Notes under the pieces: model-generated
What the model saw: only the letters and a program-made list of their open reading frames with translations
Database searches by the model: none
What the model was told of the DNA's origin: nothing
Translations under genes and position numbers: made by a program
Part shown: positions 37,126 through 49,049 of the stretch, piece by piece
Position numbering within the stretch: position 1 is the stretch's first letter
Layout of the letters: every line of letters begins with the position of its first letter
From: Fistulifera solaris
Taxonomy: Eukaryota
Assembly: GCA_030295235.1 (NCBI GenBank)
Contig: AP026155.1
Location: 310,001 to 374,000 of the forward strand
Reading direction: 5' to 3'
DNA length: 64,000 bases

Positions 37126-39200
37126 GGGAAGGAAAGGCTCTTTTCTCCTTTCTCTATCAACCAAGGGAGAAAGTCGGCTTTTGCTCTAGGAAATTATGGA
37201 AAGAGAGAATGAGGAACCAATGAGATCAATGACAATACAATGAATTATTATCCAGGCGCACTCTCATAACATGGTCTGGTCGCACAGAAAAGACGGTCAT
37301 TCTATTCTCTCCGCTGGAAAAGCTGCAAAAAGGCTGCATCAGAAAGAGTACGCAGCATCCGCGTCGACTTCTCAGTCTACTCTTTCGCTAATACTGGAGT
37401 TCCGGTGCGGTGGACTTTTTGGCCATGGATTTTCGTTGGGCGTTGCTTTGCGTACTACGTAAGCGGAGGGACTTCGGACATTATACTATCGCATAACCTG
37501 TAGAGTGGAGAGGCGAAAGATGCACTGACGCGAATAAACTATGGGGGCAACAACTCAATGGTCTAGTCAAGTCAGTGTGCTGTCGATCATGGTAATCCTA
37601 TTTCTCGCATCTAAATACTAGAGTTACTGTGCTTCCTCCGTGATCTGGTCCTGCGAACTTATGGATGGGAGAACGATTATTTCAAAATAAACACGCGTCT
37701 AAGCTTTAAGCAGCTGTGTAAAAGGCGATCTTTATTCTCACTCGGCTTATCAATGTGATTACACCCGTCTCCCTTCTCGGTAGATCGTTAGATGATGATT
37801 CCTCAACATTAGGATGATACACTGAACAACCAGACTCGAATTGCATTTCCTAGTCTAGTCGAGCGCCTTTCTTTTTTTATAATTTTTCCAGTTTTCCATA
37901 TTTCGTCTGGCGTTCCGTCCCAGCGCGTTGTACAATAAGGTTTTGAATAGTAATGTGTTAGAGGGGTCAGTCCTGTATCCAGATTGAATCGCGCACGGAG
38001 AAAAAAAGAGCCTGTTGCACAGAAGAAGGGAAAAGCACCATGCACAGAAGAAGCTTTTCCACTTCTCTGGTCAACGCAGTACAGAGCCGAGTGTTCCCTA
38101 TGGGACCGTGGCAGTGACGCACAACGTCACCGACTCATCTGATTCTTGCTTCGTAAGTTCGTAGTCGTAGCTCCTGGGACGATGGGAGAAGGAGGAAGTA
38201 GTGGAGAACTACAGAACTACTGGTACGCTCTACAGCCAACAGCAAGCTCTACGATTTTCGCTCTTCGCTCTTCGTAATCCGCGATATTCCACATGATAAG
38301 GCCCTCGCAAAAAACTACTCCGTACATTCAAAGATCAAAGGTACCAGTAACAAGCAACAATTGATGAAAATGAACAAAAGAAAAAATCAGTCCGAATGTC
38401 AAAATTGCATTCTGACATCAGGAAATTAGGGAATAAGGAATAAAATTAATTCATTGAAATTTTTGTGACAAAAAATTGATTCAAATTTAGATTTTCTGGA
38501 CGGTTTCACTCGAGTTTCAACTTTCAACGCACGCCGCGCGCGACGTCTATGTGCTTGTCTACCAGTACTGGTAGTTGATCGTTCTGGAAATAGGAAATAG
38601 GGCTACATTACGTATCGTGTCTTAAAGTCCACAATAATTGACTCAGCGACAGTGCGACAGTTGTTCTCTTCTGCGTTTCGGATTAGTAGATAGTAGAAAG
38701 TAGTTCTTCTTTGCTTTTGGTTTCTTCCAAGAAAGAATGTAAGGTTACCCAATACCTAATACGCACGATTCACGATTTGCATGAAGTACCACGTATCAGA
38801 CATAATTATTTTAAAAAGTTCCAACTGGATTGATTGCGGTTCAAGATATGCAATATGCACAAGAAGTAGTCATTCGTTTTAACGTTGCCACGTTAAATCG
38901 TAAATCGTGTGTGTCTTATGTGTGTCTGGTACTGAAAGGTGTCTGAGTGCTTTCGAGATTCAAGTAATCTAGATTCCCTAATCTAAAGGACTTGGCGCCA
39001 TTGTCAGTAGTAAGAGTAGTAGCGGAAGCTTGAATACTTGGGCGGCGAGGTGACGTTCGCTCGGATCTCGGATTGCGGGTTTGCAAATGAATAGGCCTTT
39101 TGATGGCAACCAAACCCCGCAGCTTTCTCAACGATCGATCATAAACAATTTGGGCAGCCGTTTTCTCTGTGTTTGCCTTTGTTTTACGTTTCCCGAAGAC

Positions 39201-39863
39201 ATGCTCGATTCCAACAACATTCTGTTTCCCAAGGACACGCAAGACGCCATGGCCGACCGCGGAATGAAATCACAGAGCCAACCTCGTCGCGGTTTCATTG
39301 TCGAAGGCCGCGTATTGAACGGAACGCGTCCGGACGCTCCTCTCGGAGAACACGACGTGATCTTGGGACGCGGCTTGGGAACGTACAATCACGTTGGGAA
39401 CGTCCAGTTCCGCAAGCTTGTGAACAAACACAAAATGCGTTATTTGGCGTCTTCCAAGGTCGACAAACCCAAGGTCGCCCGTGAATTGGTTCACATGTGG
39501 AAGCAACTCGATCCACCGGGACGCTTTTTGCAGCGCGCGGATGAAAGCAATTTGGGCTGGATCGAAGTTTGTGACAAGAAAGCGCAAGAGAAGGCCTCGC
39601 AGTGCTTGCGCGAACGGACTCCGGACGTCCTGCCGTACTACAAAATGATCCGTGACAACAAACGTCGCGAATCATCCGCGGACTCTCCTCGCGAAAATCC
39701 TTCGGCACCGACCAAGAAGCGAATGAGACTGGATATGGAGGCCGCCGCCAGTGGATTGGCGCGATTGGGTTCTCCCGTGCCGGCGAGCAATATCGCAAAC
39801 ACGGTGTCATTGAGTGCGCTCACTGAGTTCCAGGCGTACTCGGATGCGGCCAATCTTTGTTGA
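39201..39863 (+). CDS. DUF6824-domain protein, short paralog
   Basis: HDVILGRGLGTYNHVGNVQFRKLVNKHKMRYLASSKVDKPKVARELV..GRFL..KAQEKASQCLRERTPDVLPY; NLS-like PTKKRMR. Confidence 0.85.
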   Translation: MLDSNNILFPKDTQDAMADRGMKSQSQPRRGFIVEGRVLNGTRPDAPLGEHDVILGRGLGTYNHVGNVQFRKLVNKHKMRYLASSKVDKPKVARELVHMWKQLDPPGRFLQRADESNLGWIEVCDKKAQEKASQCLRERTPDVLPYYKMIRDNKRRESSADSPRENPSAPTKKRMRLDMEAAASGLARLGSPVPASNIANTVSLSALTEFQAYSDAANLC

Positions 39864-40268
39864 AACATGAGATTGAACGAAAGGTGGCACTTCGACGTCT
39901 TCTGTTACAACAGCTTCACGCTCCTCCTGTGCATAATTTTTCGCTGGAACGCATGTTAGCTTCGGTCAACTCGAATCCCCTTCATTTTGGACGCTGGTTA
40001 TAGTCACCTTTGGTTAAACAGTTTTTCATAGAAGCATAACAGAATGAACGAATTTCAACATTATAGTCCTTGTCTTAGTCATTAACTTGAGCTTCCAGGC
40101 GATGCTCGCGTATTTGTTCATCTGTGGCGTATCCCATAAGCCAATCGAATTGTTCAAGCGTCAAACAATTGCATAGTAAAACAAAGCCATAAATGCGGTT
40201 CTAATATAACATTTAACAAAATAAAGGATAACAACAAATGTGAGCGCAAATAGTGTATATACATGCTC

Positions 40269-41647
40269 TCATTTGGAATATTTGCGGAAAAATTCACGAA
40301 AGGTTTCAAGAGAAGCCTTGAGATCGAGTTGACAAAAGCGCCCTCCCGAACGCGGCCTTCAAAGGCGGAACGATGTTCTTCTTCGAGATGATACCGAAGT
40401 TCGGGGTCTGCCGTCGGCCAAATGAGTTCCTTTTCCATGCGCAAGGATTGATCGTATAAAAGTTGCAATTGTTGTTCCGTGGGGCAATACAAGGACCACT
40501 GTTTCAATGGGCGAGCGTGATAGTATTCTTTCAGGGCTTCTCGGACTTGAGGACGACTGTATTTTGATTTGTGGATCCAACCTTTCGCGGCAGCGGCCGT
40601 CGTGATGGTGTCAAAATACAATTGATGTACTTGATCTTCGGTTCGAACGTTCATTATCGTCGAACTGGTTGCATTGGCGGCGAGCTGACAACAACTCGAT
40701 GCACTCGGCAGTACTTGACAAAAGAATTGACTCGAAACGGTGGACGTCGGATCGTGCATATTCAAGATGCGATGTGGCAAGGATGCCGCCTGTGTTGCTT
40801 GGACCAACGAATCGGTAAACGTATAATGTCGCTCCTTCCAGGCTTCGGTACTCGCCCCCAAGAGTGGCCACAGTGGATCCAACATGGCAAGTTCTCCTCG
40901 ACTGGGCCAATGTTTATCAACCAAACGCTTCCGATTTCGTTGAAAGATACTCGATGGCAACCAATCATAGAACCTTCGATAGCCAATGACCACCAAAATG
41001 TCTCGCACGTCCCGAAAAGCATCTTTCATGACTTTGGCATTCTCCGGTGTCCACCGGAGCGCCAACGGTTCATCCGACAAAATGATGTGATGATCACCCG
41101 AAAATTCGTCAATCTGCTGTTGCAACGATTTCCAACATTTTGGACGCGTCGGGCTGCATTCCGAAACGGTATTGCGTGCCTTCGCAGGGATTAAAATATC
41201 GCGCAAGGTGTCCAATGGCTGGGAGAACGATTCCGGTCCTTCCATCCATTTTCCGTCAGAACTTTGCGATGGCTTCAAATAAAAGCGTCCTCCGTACAGA
41301 TAATCATCTTCCGCCAAACAAGCCTCGAAAGAGGGTCGCGTCAAATCGACTTGCAATGTGGTGGTAGCAGTTTTTCCGGGTCCGACGTGCAATACCAGGA
41401 ATGGCTTTTCGGGAAGCGTGTCCTGTGTCGTCGCAATAGCGACTTCTTCTTCAGCGTCTTCGGGTATAGCTGCTTCTATCATTGGCTGTTCTTCGGCAGT
41501 GCTATCTTCCAACACGATTCCTACGGGTTGCAATCGATAGTTGGACAAGAGGTAATGCCCCGTGATCATGGCCACGGTAATGGTAATAGCAAAGCAATAC
41601 AACCAAAAGCGGCCAGCGACCGGCCGGTCCGTCTTGCGGCTCTTCAT
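40269..41647 (-). CDS. Type II membrane P-loop / sulfotransferase-like protein (indel near the 3' end)
   Basis: N-terminal TM anchor, LVLHVGPGKTATTTLQ, IILSDE, VVIGYRRFYDWLPS. Confidence 0.6.
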
Positions 41648-42294
41648 GACTTCTCTGAAGTATTCTCTTGAATACGCTCTTCCACAAATGTACTAGGAAT
41701 GGCCTTTCAAGAAAAGGTACATGCACAACAACACAAAGAATGAATGACGAAGATGCTTACACCAAAATTTCAGCGCATCGGATGGATCGACGTTCAATGG
41801 AAGACGATGCATTTTTCAAAACATGCTGTAAACGACTCAGTACTGCAATGTACGTTTATCGTGTCTTTGGTCACCAAAAAAGCCTAAATGGAAGGATAGT
41901 TAGGAGTTCTTCGCGTATCTATTTTTGTTAATTTAGTTTCTTCATGTAAGTATTGCGGTGGGGGTGACTAATTGGAAAGATTCTATCAGTTCAATAAGTA
42001 ATGAGGATACTCGGTTTGGTCATAGTCAATAATTATATAGGCAAACCGTCATTGCAAAGGCGCTTGTCCTTCGTCCTACGAGAAAGGGGGCAAGGGGCAG
42101 TTAAGATTTTGATGAACACCATTGTGAACCTCAACGCTAGCGTAGGTGTTTCACCCTCCACCGCGTCCATCGTCCATCATCGTTTAAGGTTTGCTGGTCA
42201 ATCAAGTGCTAATGTGCAATAATCAGGAAATAGGAAACAGAATACCGCAAAGCATATGTGCAGATCAATTAAACAATGAAAATCTAATTAGTTT

Positions 42295-43759
42295 TTAATC
42301 TTTTAGTTCTTCGAGTTGCTGTTCTATTTCCTGGAGTCGCTTTTCTGCTGAAACTCGATACTCTCTCAAAACTTCTAATGACTCCTCTAAGCTCTGGGCT
42401 GGTGCAGCTTGTTGTTGAACCAAAATTGGTTCTTCCTTCTTCAGCTCGGGTTTCCATTCTGGATCCCATTTCACTTGACCGTCAGACTCTTCTAGCAAAT
42501 AACCCACTGGCCCCTGCATTGGTTTCAAATTATAGTCGCGCGCCGCCTTTTCGATCGCATATATGCAATCACCTAGTTTTCCCCCGGCCTCCAAAGCATC
42601 CACGAGAGCATCGTAAGCTGGTTTGTATTCGCGCATCATTAAAGTAGCTTGCAACGCACCACATCTTGCTTGATTCTTAATCGCGGCAGCATCCCATGTC
42701 GTTGTCCCTCGTTGGTTCCCATTCAGTCGACTCAAAAGGCTACCAACGCCATTTCATCACCGGCTCCTCCATCGGCACGTCCAAATTGATCGGCTTCTGC
42801 GGCAATCCCTGCCATCACTATAATGGAGTAGCGATCAATCAAGGCGCGAGTCAAGCGCTGACCGCCGCTATTGATGGCCTTGGACAATTCTGGATCAAAG
42901 AACGAAGTTCCCGCGGTCACTTGTCTTGACCCGAACCGTCGATCTTGTAAGGCCGCCCAGGCAGACAAGACGATACCTTCCACCGGGCATCCGAGTAAGT
43001 AGGCCGCAAACAAATGATTGGCTTCGTGTTTCAGAATTTTTGTTGCACACCCGGACTGAAGAGTTTGAGGTATGTTTCAAACAGAGCCCCGTTCAATAGG
43101 ATACGATCCATGGCGGCACCTAAGAGAGTGAGAAGCACCAAGGCATTGAAATCTATGCCACTGGCTAAACTCACAAAAGCCTCCACTGTCGCCGTCAAGA
43201 CACCCGCAATCCAGATCGTGTTGGTGGCTTGTGGAGTTAGTGCCTGCATCGGCAAACCGAGGATTTCTTCCATGACGGGTGGTGGTATACTGTGACTCCC
43301 TTCCGTCATGGTCGAAACAGCCCCGTAGAGTTGTAAATGATTCTGGTCGCGTAATGTTTGGTACATGGCCGTCATTTCATTGCGGGCTGCCGATTCGAGT
43401 GGAAAATCGGCTCGTAAATTTTCCGTATTTTCTTCCGCATTCCGCGTTCGCTCTTCAATAGCGGTAAATATTTTAATCCAGCGATCTTTCGTTAATGGTG
43501 TATCGGGATGCTGTCGTAGAAAAGTGACGGCTTCGCGCAGTTTGACTTGATCCAAGAGAGAATCAAATTGACTGGCATCGTTGGTGTTTTGTAAGACGAA
43601 GAGCGACGACGACGACGACGACGACGATATCCTCCTTGCACGTCCCAATGAAACGTGTTTACGCGATGGTATTGTCGAGTAAAAGTGGTTGCGACCGACA
43701 AAAGCATAGGAACTATGCAGTAGTGAGAGTGAAAAAACTATGGTCGATGAATATCGCAT
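42295..43759 (-). CDS. Plastid-targeted peptidase M41-like (HExxH) membrane protein, VIR3-like, without an AAA domain (two indels)
   Basis: Presequence ..SSYA-F and two TM helices. After correcting one indel: [41 protein letters not shown]. Confidence 0.72.
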
Positions 43760-44420
43760 AGTGAAAGAGTGGTTGATGATAAGTTAGTGTTGTTACTTGT
43801 GCGTTTTCTGCTTTTGGACCTGTTTTTGTGCCGTCAAGAACATAGAAGAATGTCCAATTGATGTTAATGACTGCTTACTATTGTTGACGATAGCAAATAA
43901 ATGCATTCATTCGTCAACAGCAACGCATTCCTCCATTTTGATTGTCGCGAACACACGTCCGCGTCTGCGGCGTCACATTTTCTCGTTGAAACGCGTGACG
44001 TGGTTTTAGTGTTTGCTTCGTTTCTGTGTCAGTCCCGTTTTGCTACTGTATGAATGAATCATCATCATCATCGTCGTCGTCATCATCATCACGATGTTAC
44101 GATACTCATCGATCGTCAATCATTCTCGTCAAGAATCTAGTCACTTAATGCGCTCACACATTCAGATTACTCCGTGTACTGTATCTTGAAGTCACTAGAA
44201 AATTGGTATTGACAATGTTTAGTAGATCATTATTTAAGTTTACAGACCATTTTGCATGCACACCAATAGTTTGTCATCATTTCATAAACGGCAAAATGGA
44301 ATGGAAGAGATGAATAGACTTGTTTGTAGCCGTGAGAGGGCGGCATACACCTTTGTGTCAAATGAAGCGATACCTTCTGTTAGAACGTCATACGTTGGGA
44401 TCCATTGCTTTTGCTCAACG

Positions 44421-45106
44421 TTACGATACTTCGATCAGTCTGGCACGAGCTTGAGCGTTTTCTTCCATATATGATCGATATTCTTCATAAAAGCTTCCCA
44501 ATTTTCGCGTTTCAAACATTCCTCTAAAGTGTCTTGTAGCTTGCGGCGAAAATATGGTCCTCCTCCCGGAAAGGATGCCACACAGTGCGATCCACGATAA
44601 ATTTGCAAAAACGGAAAACTGGTGACTCCCAAGGACCGCAATTGGTCGCTGGAAAAATCTTCCGTCGCTTCCAACCGAACAAATTGAATATGCTCGTAGG
44701 TTTTACTCAATTGCTTGAACGGAATACTCATGCGCTGACAAGTTTTACAATAATGTGCATGGAATTTGACGACAGTTAGTTGATTTTCGTCGTCGTCGCG
44801 TGGGGCGTCAATCGTTCGGCAAAACGAGTCTCGCGTGTGAAGACTCCAGACGGTCCCGGTCGTGAATTCTTTTTCTTTCAATGGATTTCTGTGCAAGTCG
44901 TCCCATTTGACGAGCGGTGTGCGCGTCGGTGACTCCACATTGTCAAAGGATACAGCGGTCAAATTAGTTCCGATGACCAATGTGGCGGCGAGTGAAGTAG
45001 TAATGGTCCTTCTTCGGGTTGGTGATGTTGTTGTTGTTGTTGTTGCGAGCCATGAGACTACGTCAGGAATCAGCCAGCCCAGTAATACAATGCGAGCAAC
45101 AATCAT
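44421..45106 (-). CDS. Plastid-targeted atypical thioredoxin-fold protein
   Basis: Presequence ..VVS-W, LTVVKFHAHYCKTCQRM, LGVTSFPFLQIY. Confidence 0.75.
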
Positions 45107-45693
45107 TGTTGATTGTTGACTTCTTTGTCACTCTTCTCTGTGTGCAGTAACTATTAGTTCGTAGTCAAGGGCGCAATAATACGACGAATGTGAAGAATGC
45201 GTTCGAAATTGCGGACACGCTTTCATCGGCCAGTTATGATTGGCGATGGCGGCAACAAAATCTCGCGGACGTCGGCTTTTCTCGTCGGATTCTTGTTCCT
45301 CGGCAGAATGCGTGCTCCAAATACAATAATTTGTTCTACAATAAAAACTCTTATGTTGTCGCTCCGCATCAAATTGTTTAGAAGATACAACTGTGGAAGA
45401 ACTACCAGGGTACTTGAAAGAGGATATTCGTTGTGTCCCGACAACTTCGTGTCTCGAGTCTCGAGTAGATTGTGACACAGACGACGAGTGACAGTGACAC
45501 GCAATAACGACAAACGAGACACGAGACACCTCATCATCCGACAAGATGCGAGAAAAGATAACGACGATTCATTCGATGATTCAACCAAAACAAGGACGAA
45601 AATAGAAGAGGTTGTAACCTAAAAGAACGTCACTGCTCTATAAGAAGCGCTTAGTAGAATACAGTTTAAAGAAAGAGAGAAGAATTCCTCATA

Positions 45694-46399
45694 ATGAAAG
45701 TGACACCGTTCCATGTTGCCTTGCTCAGCGGTTCCTCCGTGACATCGTTTGTACTCCACAACAACCCGGTTGCCCCAACGACTCTGTCGGCGTCCCGTCG
45801 AGACTTTATCACGACAGCTTCTTCACTACTTGTAGTAGGAGGAGTCGTCATGCATCCTCCTGTACCCGCAAATGCCGAATTGGATTTTGATCGGGTCCAA
45901 GATTTGCTCAAGGACACTCCGGCCGGTGCGGAGATTTACAAGCCCGCTCCGAAACGACCTACTTATTTGGCAGAACCCACGGAAGAATTCCGACAAAATG
46001 AAAAGAAAGCGAGTGATTTCAAACGGGAACAACTGAAAGTGAAAGGTCAATTCACGGCCTTGTTGCAAAAATTGCAAGACGATCCGAACGATGAAACAAC
46101 CTTGGCGAATGATTTGGACGAATTGCGTCGTTTGGTTCGTAAAGGAGGCGGTTTGCCTTTAGGGATTACCAAAGATGAAGTCGTGAAGCAAGTGCGTCGT
46201 CGTAAGGCCCGGAAGTTCTGGCCCGTGAATGTGGAAATTGCGTAAGTTCCGTCCGTATGATGGTGGAAGCAGCGAAAGGAAAGCATTCTCATTCTTTATC
46301 CTTTTTTACAGGTACCAGGATTTGCTAGCGGAAATTGCTTATCAACAGAGCCCTAACACGGACCCAGGAAGTGCCATGGGTGGGAAAACGTTCATTTAG
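45694..46399 (+). CDS. Uncharacterised thylakoid-lumen (Tat-targeted) protein, two exons
   Basis: Signal ..SVTS-F, twin-arginine SRRDF, hydrophobic stretch and ANA cleavage site. Intron about 46242-46311. Confidence 0.7.
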
Positions 46400-46545
46400 A
46401 TGCTAGTACTTTGTAGTAATGAATTAAAAAGCTTGGCTAGGCTAGACGACTATAAAGGTGAAAAGTGCTGATTTGAGCAGCCTGGTAGCTTTTGAGGAAG
46501 TTCCTGTTACATTTTCAGCTATAGCTTGCCTAAATAGGGTTCTCG

Positions 46546-48105
46546 TCATGTAAGGAATGAATCGTTTTCTGGAACCGTGTAAAGAATCGAAGGGATTGCG
46601 GTATCATCGGTTTCCTCCGGTGCTTCGGCATCCGCCATTGTTCGGCGCAGAGGTGCGTCGAAGAGCGAATAGTATCCCAAAGTCAACAATGTTATGATTA
46701 ACAACAAAATGGAATCACCACGAATATCACTCGCGGCCCAGGGAATTTGGGGTAACAGTTCGTAATCTTGATGAGCTGCAAATTCAGCGATAGGAACCAA
46801 CAACGCGGAGATCAGATTGCCTCCAATTTGTTGCACTGACTCAACGGCCGTTTCATCTCCGGGATAGGTGACATCGACCGCCAGTTCGGCATTGATCGGT
46901 TGAATCGATCCAACGGTGAGACCCAATCCAAATAAACTGAGAAGTAGCAGCAAGGGCTCTTTCCCAATGGCATGTTCCGTTAAGCCCAAAGGAATCACAA
47001 ACAACGATGAGAACGCCAAACACGCCATGGTCACTTTCTTGTATTCTCGGGTCCGATCCACAAATCCACCGATTAGTATACCACCTACGAGGATGGCTAA
47101 TTCGAATCCAGCCCCCGCCAAATCAATTTGCAACTGACCGGTAATTCCACCACGTTTCATGACTTCATCGATGAATGCACCGACAACATTAGTGATACTG
47201 ATGGAACATATGAATGCTACGAGTGCATGGGTGAAGCCCCTCGTGGCAAAGAAGGTTTGGACCGATTCCAAGAAGGGTGGCTCTTTTTCACCTTTTCGTT
47301 TCTTTTCCAGCTCCGACAACGATGGAGGAATGGGTGGATCATCGGCAAACTGCAGCAGGGTTCCGCCCGTGACCAACGTACACAATACCGCAATTAAACC
47401 AAAGTAGTTCTCTAATCCTACTGGACTGGTGGCCATCATCCCACCAACCAAAAATGCGGTGGCGATCCCAATCTGGTTAAAGTTCAAAGCAATGGCGGTA
47501 CTGGTGGCTCTTTCCGAGGAAGCAAACCATTTAGCGGACAGTAGAGGCGGTGTACATTGAAAGAAGGGTTGGGCGGCTCCTACCAGCACGGTGCCCGCCA
47601 CAAAGAAGGAATAACTCATCAAACTGTTGCCTTCCAGAAAGGGCAAGAACGAAACACCGCTCCGACACCAACACCCTAATGTCATGAGGAGCGCCGCACA
47701 TTGGATGACACGTTGGAGACCGAATTTTGCCACAGTATCGGTCACGAGAAAGGAACTGGCGACATTCGTGAACAAGAAAATATCAATAATGGACGCGGCC
47801 GAATGATGGAAGGTTTCTTCGTAAATGCCGGGTGTGGCCGCCACAGAAAAACAAATCCAATCCGACAAGAGCGCCAAGGCCGCCAAGTATCCCAATTGAA
47901 TCCACCGTTGGGGATAGACTCGTGGTTGTAATGTTATATCGTCGAGTTCTGGATTGTTGACGGCGAAGGACGGTCGCTGGAAATCAGGAACATTTGTCTT
48001 GCTACGGGGAAATTTTACGAGCTTTCGTTTGCCATTCAAAGCAAAGCCATGCGAGTCGAAAAGCAAGGTCGCCAACGTTAAGAGATGAACTTGTTTGTGT
48101 CTCAT
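46546..48105 (-). CDS. FLVCR/SLC49-like MFS transporter with plastid-type presequence
   Basis: RVYPQRWIQL, GAAQPFFQ..PPLLSAKWFASSERATSTAI..NQIGIA, ELAVDVTYP; about 12 hydrophobic segments; N-terminus ..DSHG-FAL. Confidence 0.82.
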   Translation of the reverse strand: MRHKQVHLLTLATLLFDSHGFALNGKRKLVKFPRSKTNVPDFQRPSFAVNNPELDDITLQPRVYPQRWIQLGYLAALALLSDWICFSVAATPGIYEETFHHSAASIIDIFLFTNVASSFLVTDTVAKFGLQRVIQCAALLMTLGCWCRSGVSFLPFLEGNSLMSYSFFVAGTVLVGAAQPFFQCTPPLLSAKWFASSERATSTAIALNFNQIGIATAFLVGGMMATSPVGLENYFGLIAVLCTLVTGGTLLQFADDPPIPPSLSELEKKRKGEKEPPFLESVQTFFATRGFTHALVAFICSISITNVVGAFIDEVMKRGGITGQLQIDLAGAGFELAILVGGILIGGFVDRTREYKKVTMACLAFSSLFVIPLGLTEHAIGKEPLLLLLSLFGLGLTVGSIQPINAELAVDVTYPGDETAVESVQQIGGNLISALLVPIAEFAAHQDYELLPQIPWAASDIRGDSILLLIITLLTLGYYSLFDAPLRRTMADAEAPEETDDTAIPSILYTVPENDSFLT

Positions 48106-49049
48106 TTCATCGACGCAACACGGCAAGAAAAGACGGATTTCCCAGCTTGTTTGCCTGTATTTCGACACCTATCGTTATACTATCGACTCCACAAAGATAT
48201 CCCACGGCAATATAAAATTCTTTGGCAAATTCTGTGTGATATTGGCAGGACGATACAAAGTAGGATAGAATAATTGTCGGCGTTTATCTACTACGTAGTA
48301 CTAATAAACGCAATGGCATCATTCGTTTTTTTTTCTTCTTCGCGACAGGATTCTGACACGCTCGATGTTGCTGCGACGCACAAGGCCCATTCATGACGTC
48401 ACAAAGTGAAAAGTTAAAGCGACGAATGAGTAAATAAATAAACAAACAGAATGTCACCACGTAAACAATAACAATTCATCATCAACTTGCTTGGATATTA
48501 ATATACTTGTTTTTGTTCAGACAAAGCTTTCGCTTCATGGCTTACTCATGGGTGTATGACCGAGATGCGTTCCTGTCGGAAGTCCCGCAGTCCTATGTTT
48601 TCGATTGTCGTAGCGCGCAAGATTTAGTTGGGCACAAATAATAATCTTGAGTTGTCGTTACAAGTCGTTAGTCGTGAACAATTGATTCGATGTTAAAAAT
48701 GGCGTTGCTATGAGGAGTGAGGAGAGGAAGAGAATACATTATTGTATTAATTACTCGCGAAGCCGACTAAATAAATTGGTCCTCACAAGTTTGGTCGTGT
48801 CCGCTCACTAACTATAAATCAATCCTCGCTGCCCGTGCATCCTTCTATTCCCTTCATTCTGACATGCACGATATTGTTGCGACCCAAATACGACCGATAT
48901 GACGTCACAGAGTGTTTTAACAAAGCTAAAGTGTAACACTGGAGGATTCATCTAAATGCAGTCCAATTCTAAAAAAAAACACAAAAAAAAACCATTGATA
49001 TAGCGAATCAAAACTAGTTCATTCAATTATTCGCTCTACTATTCTTTAT

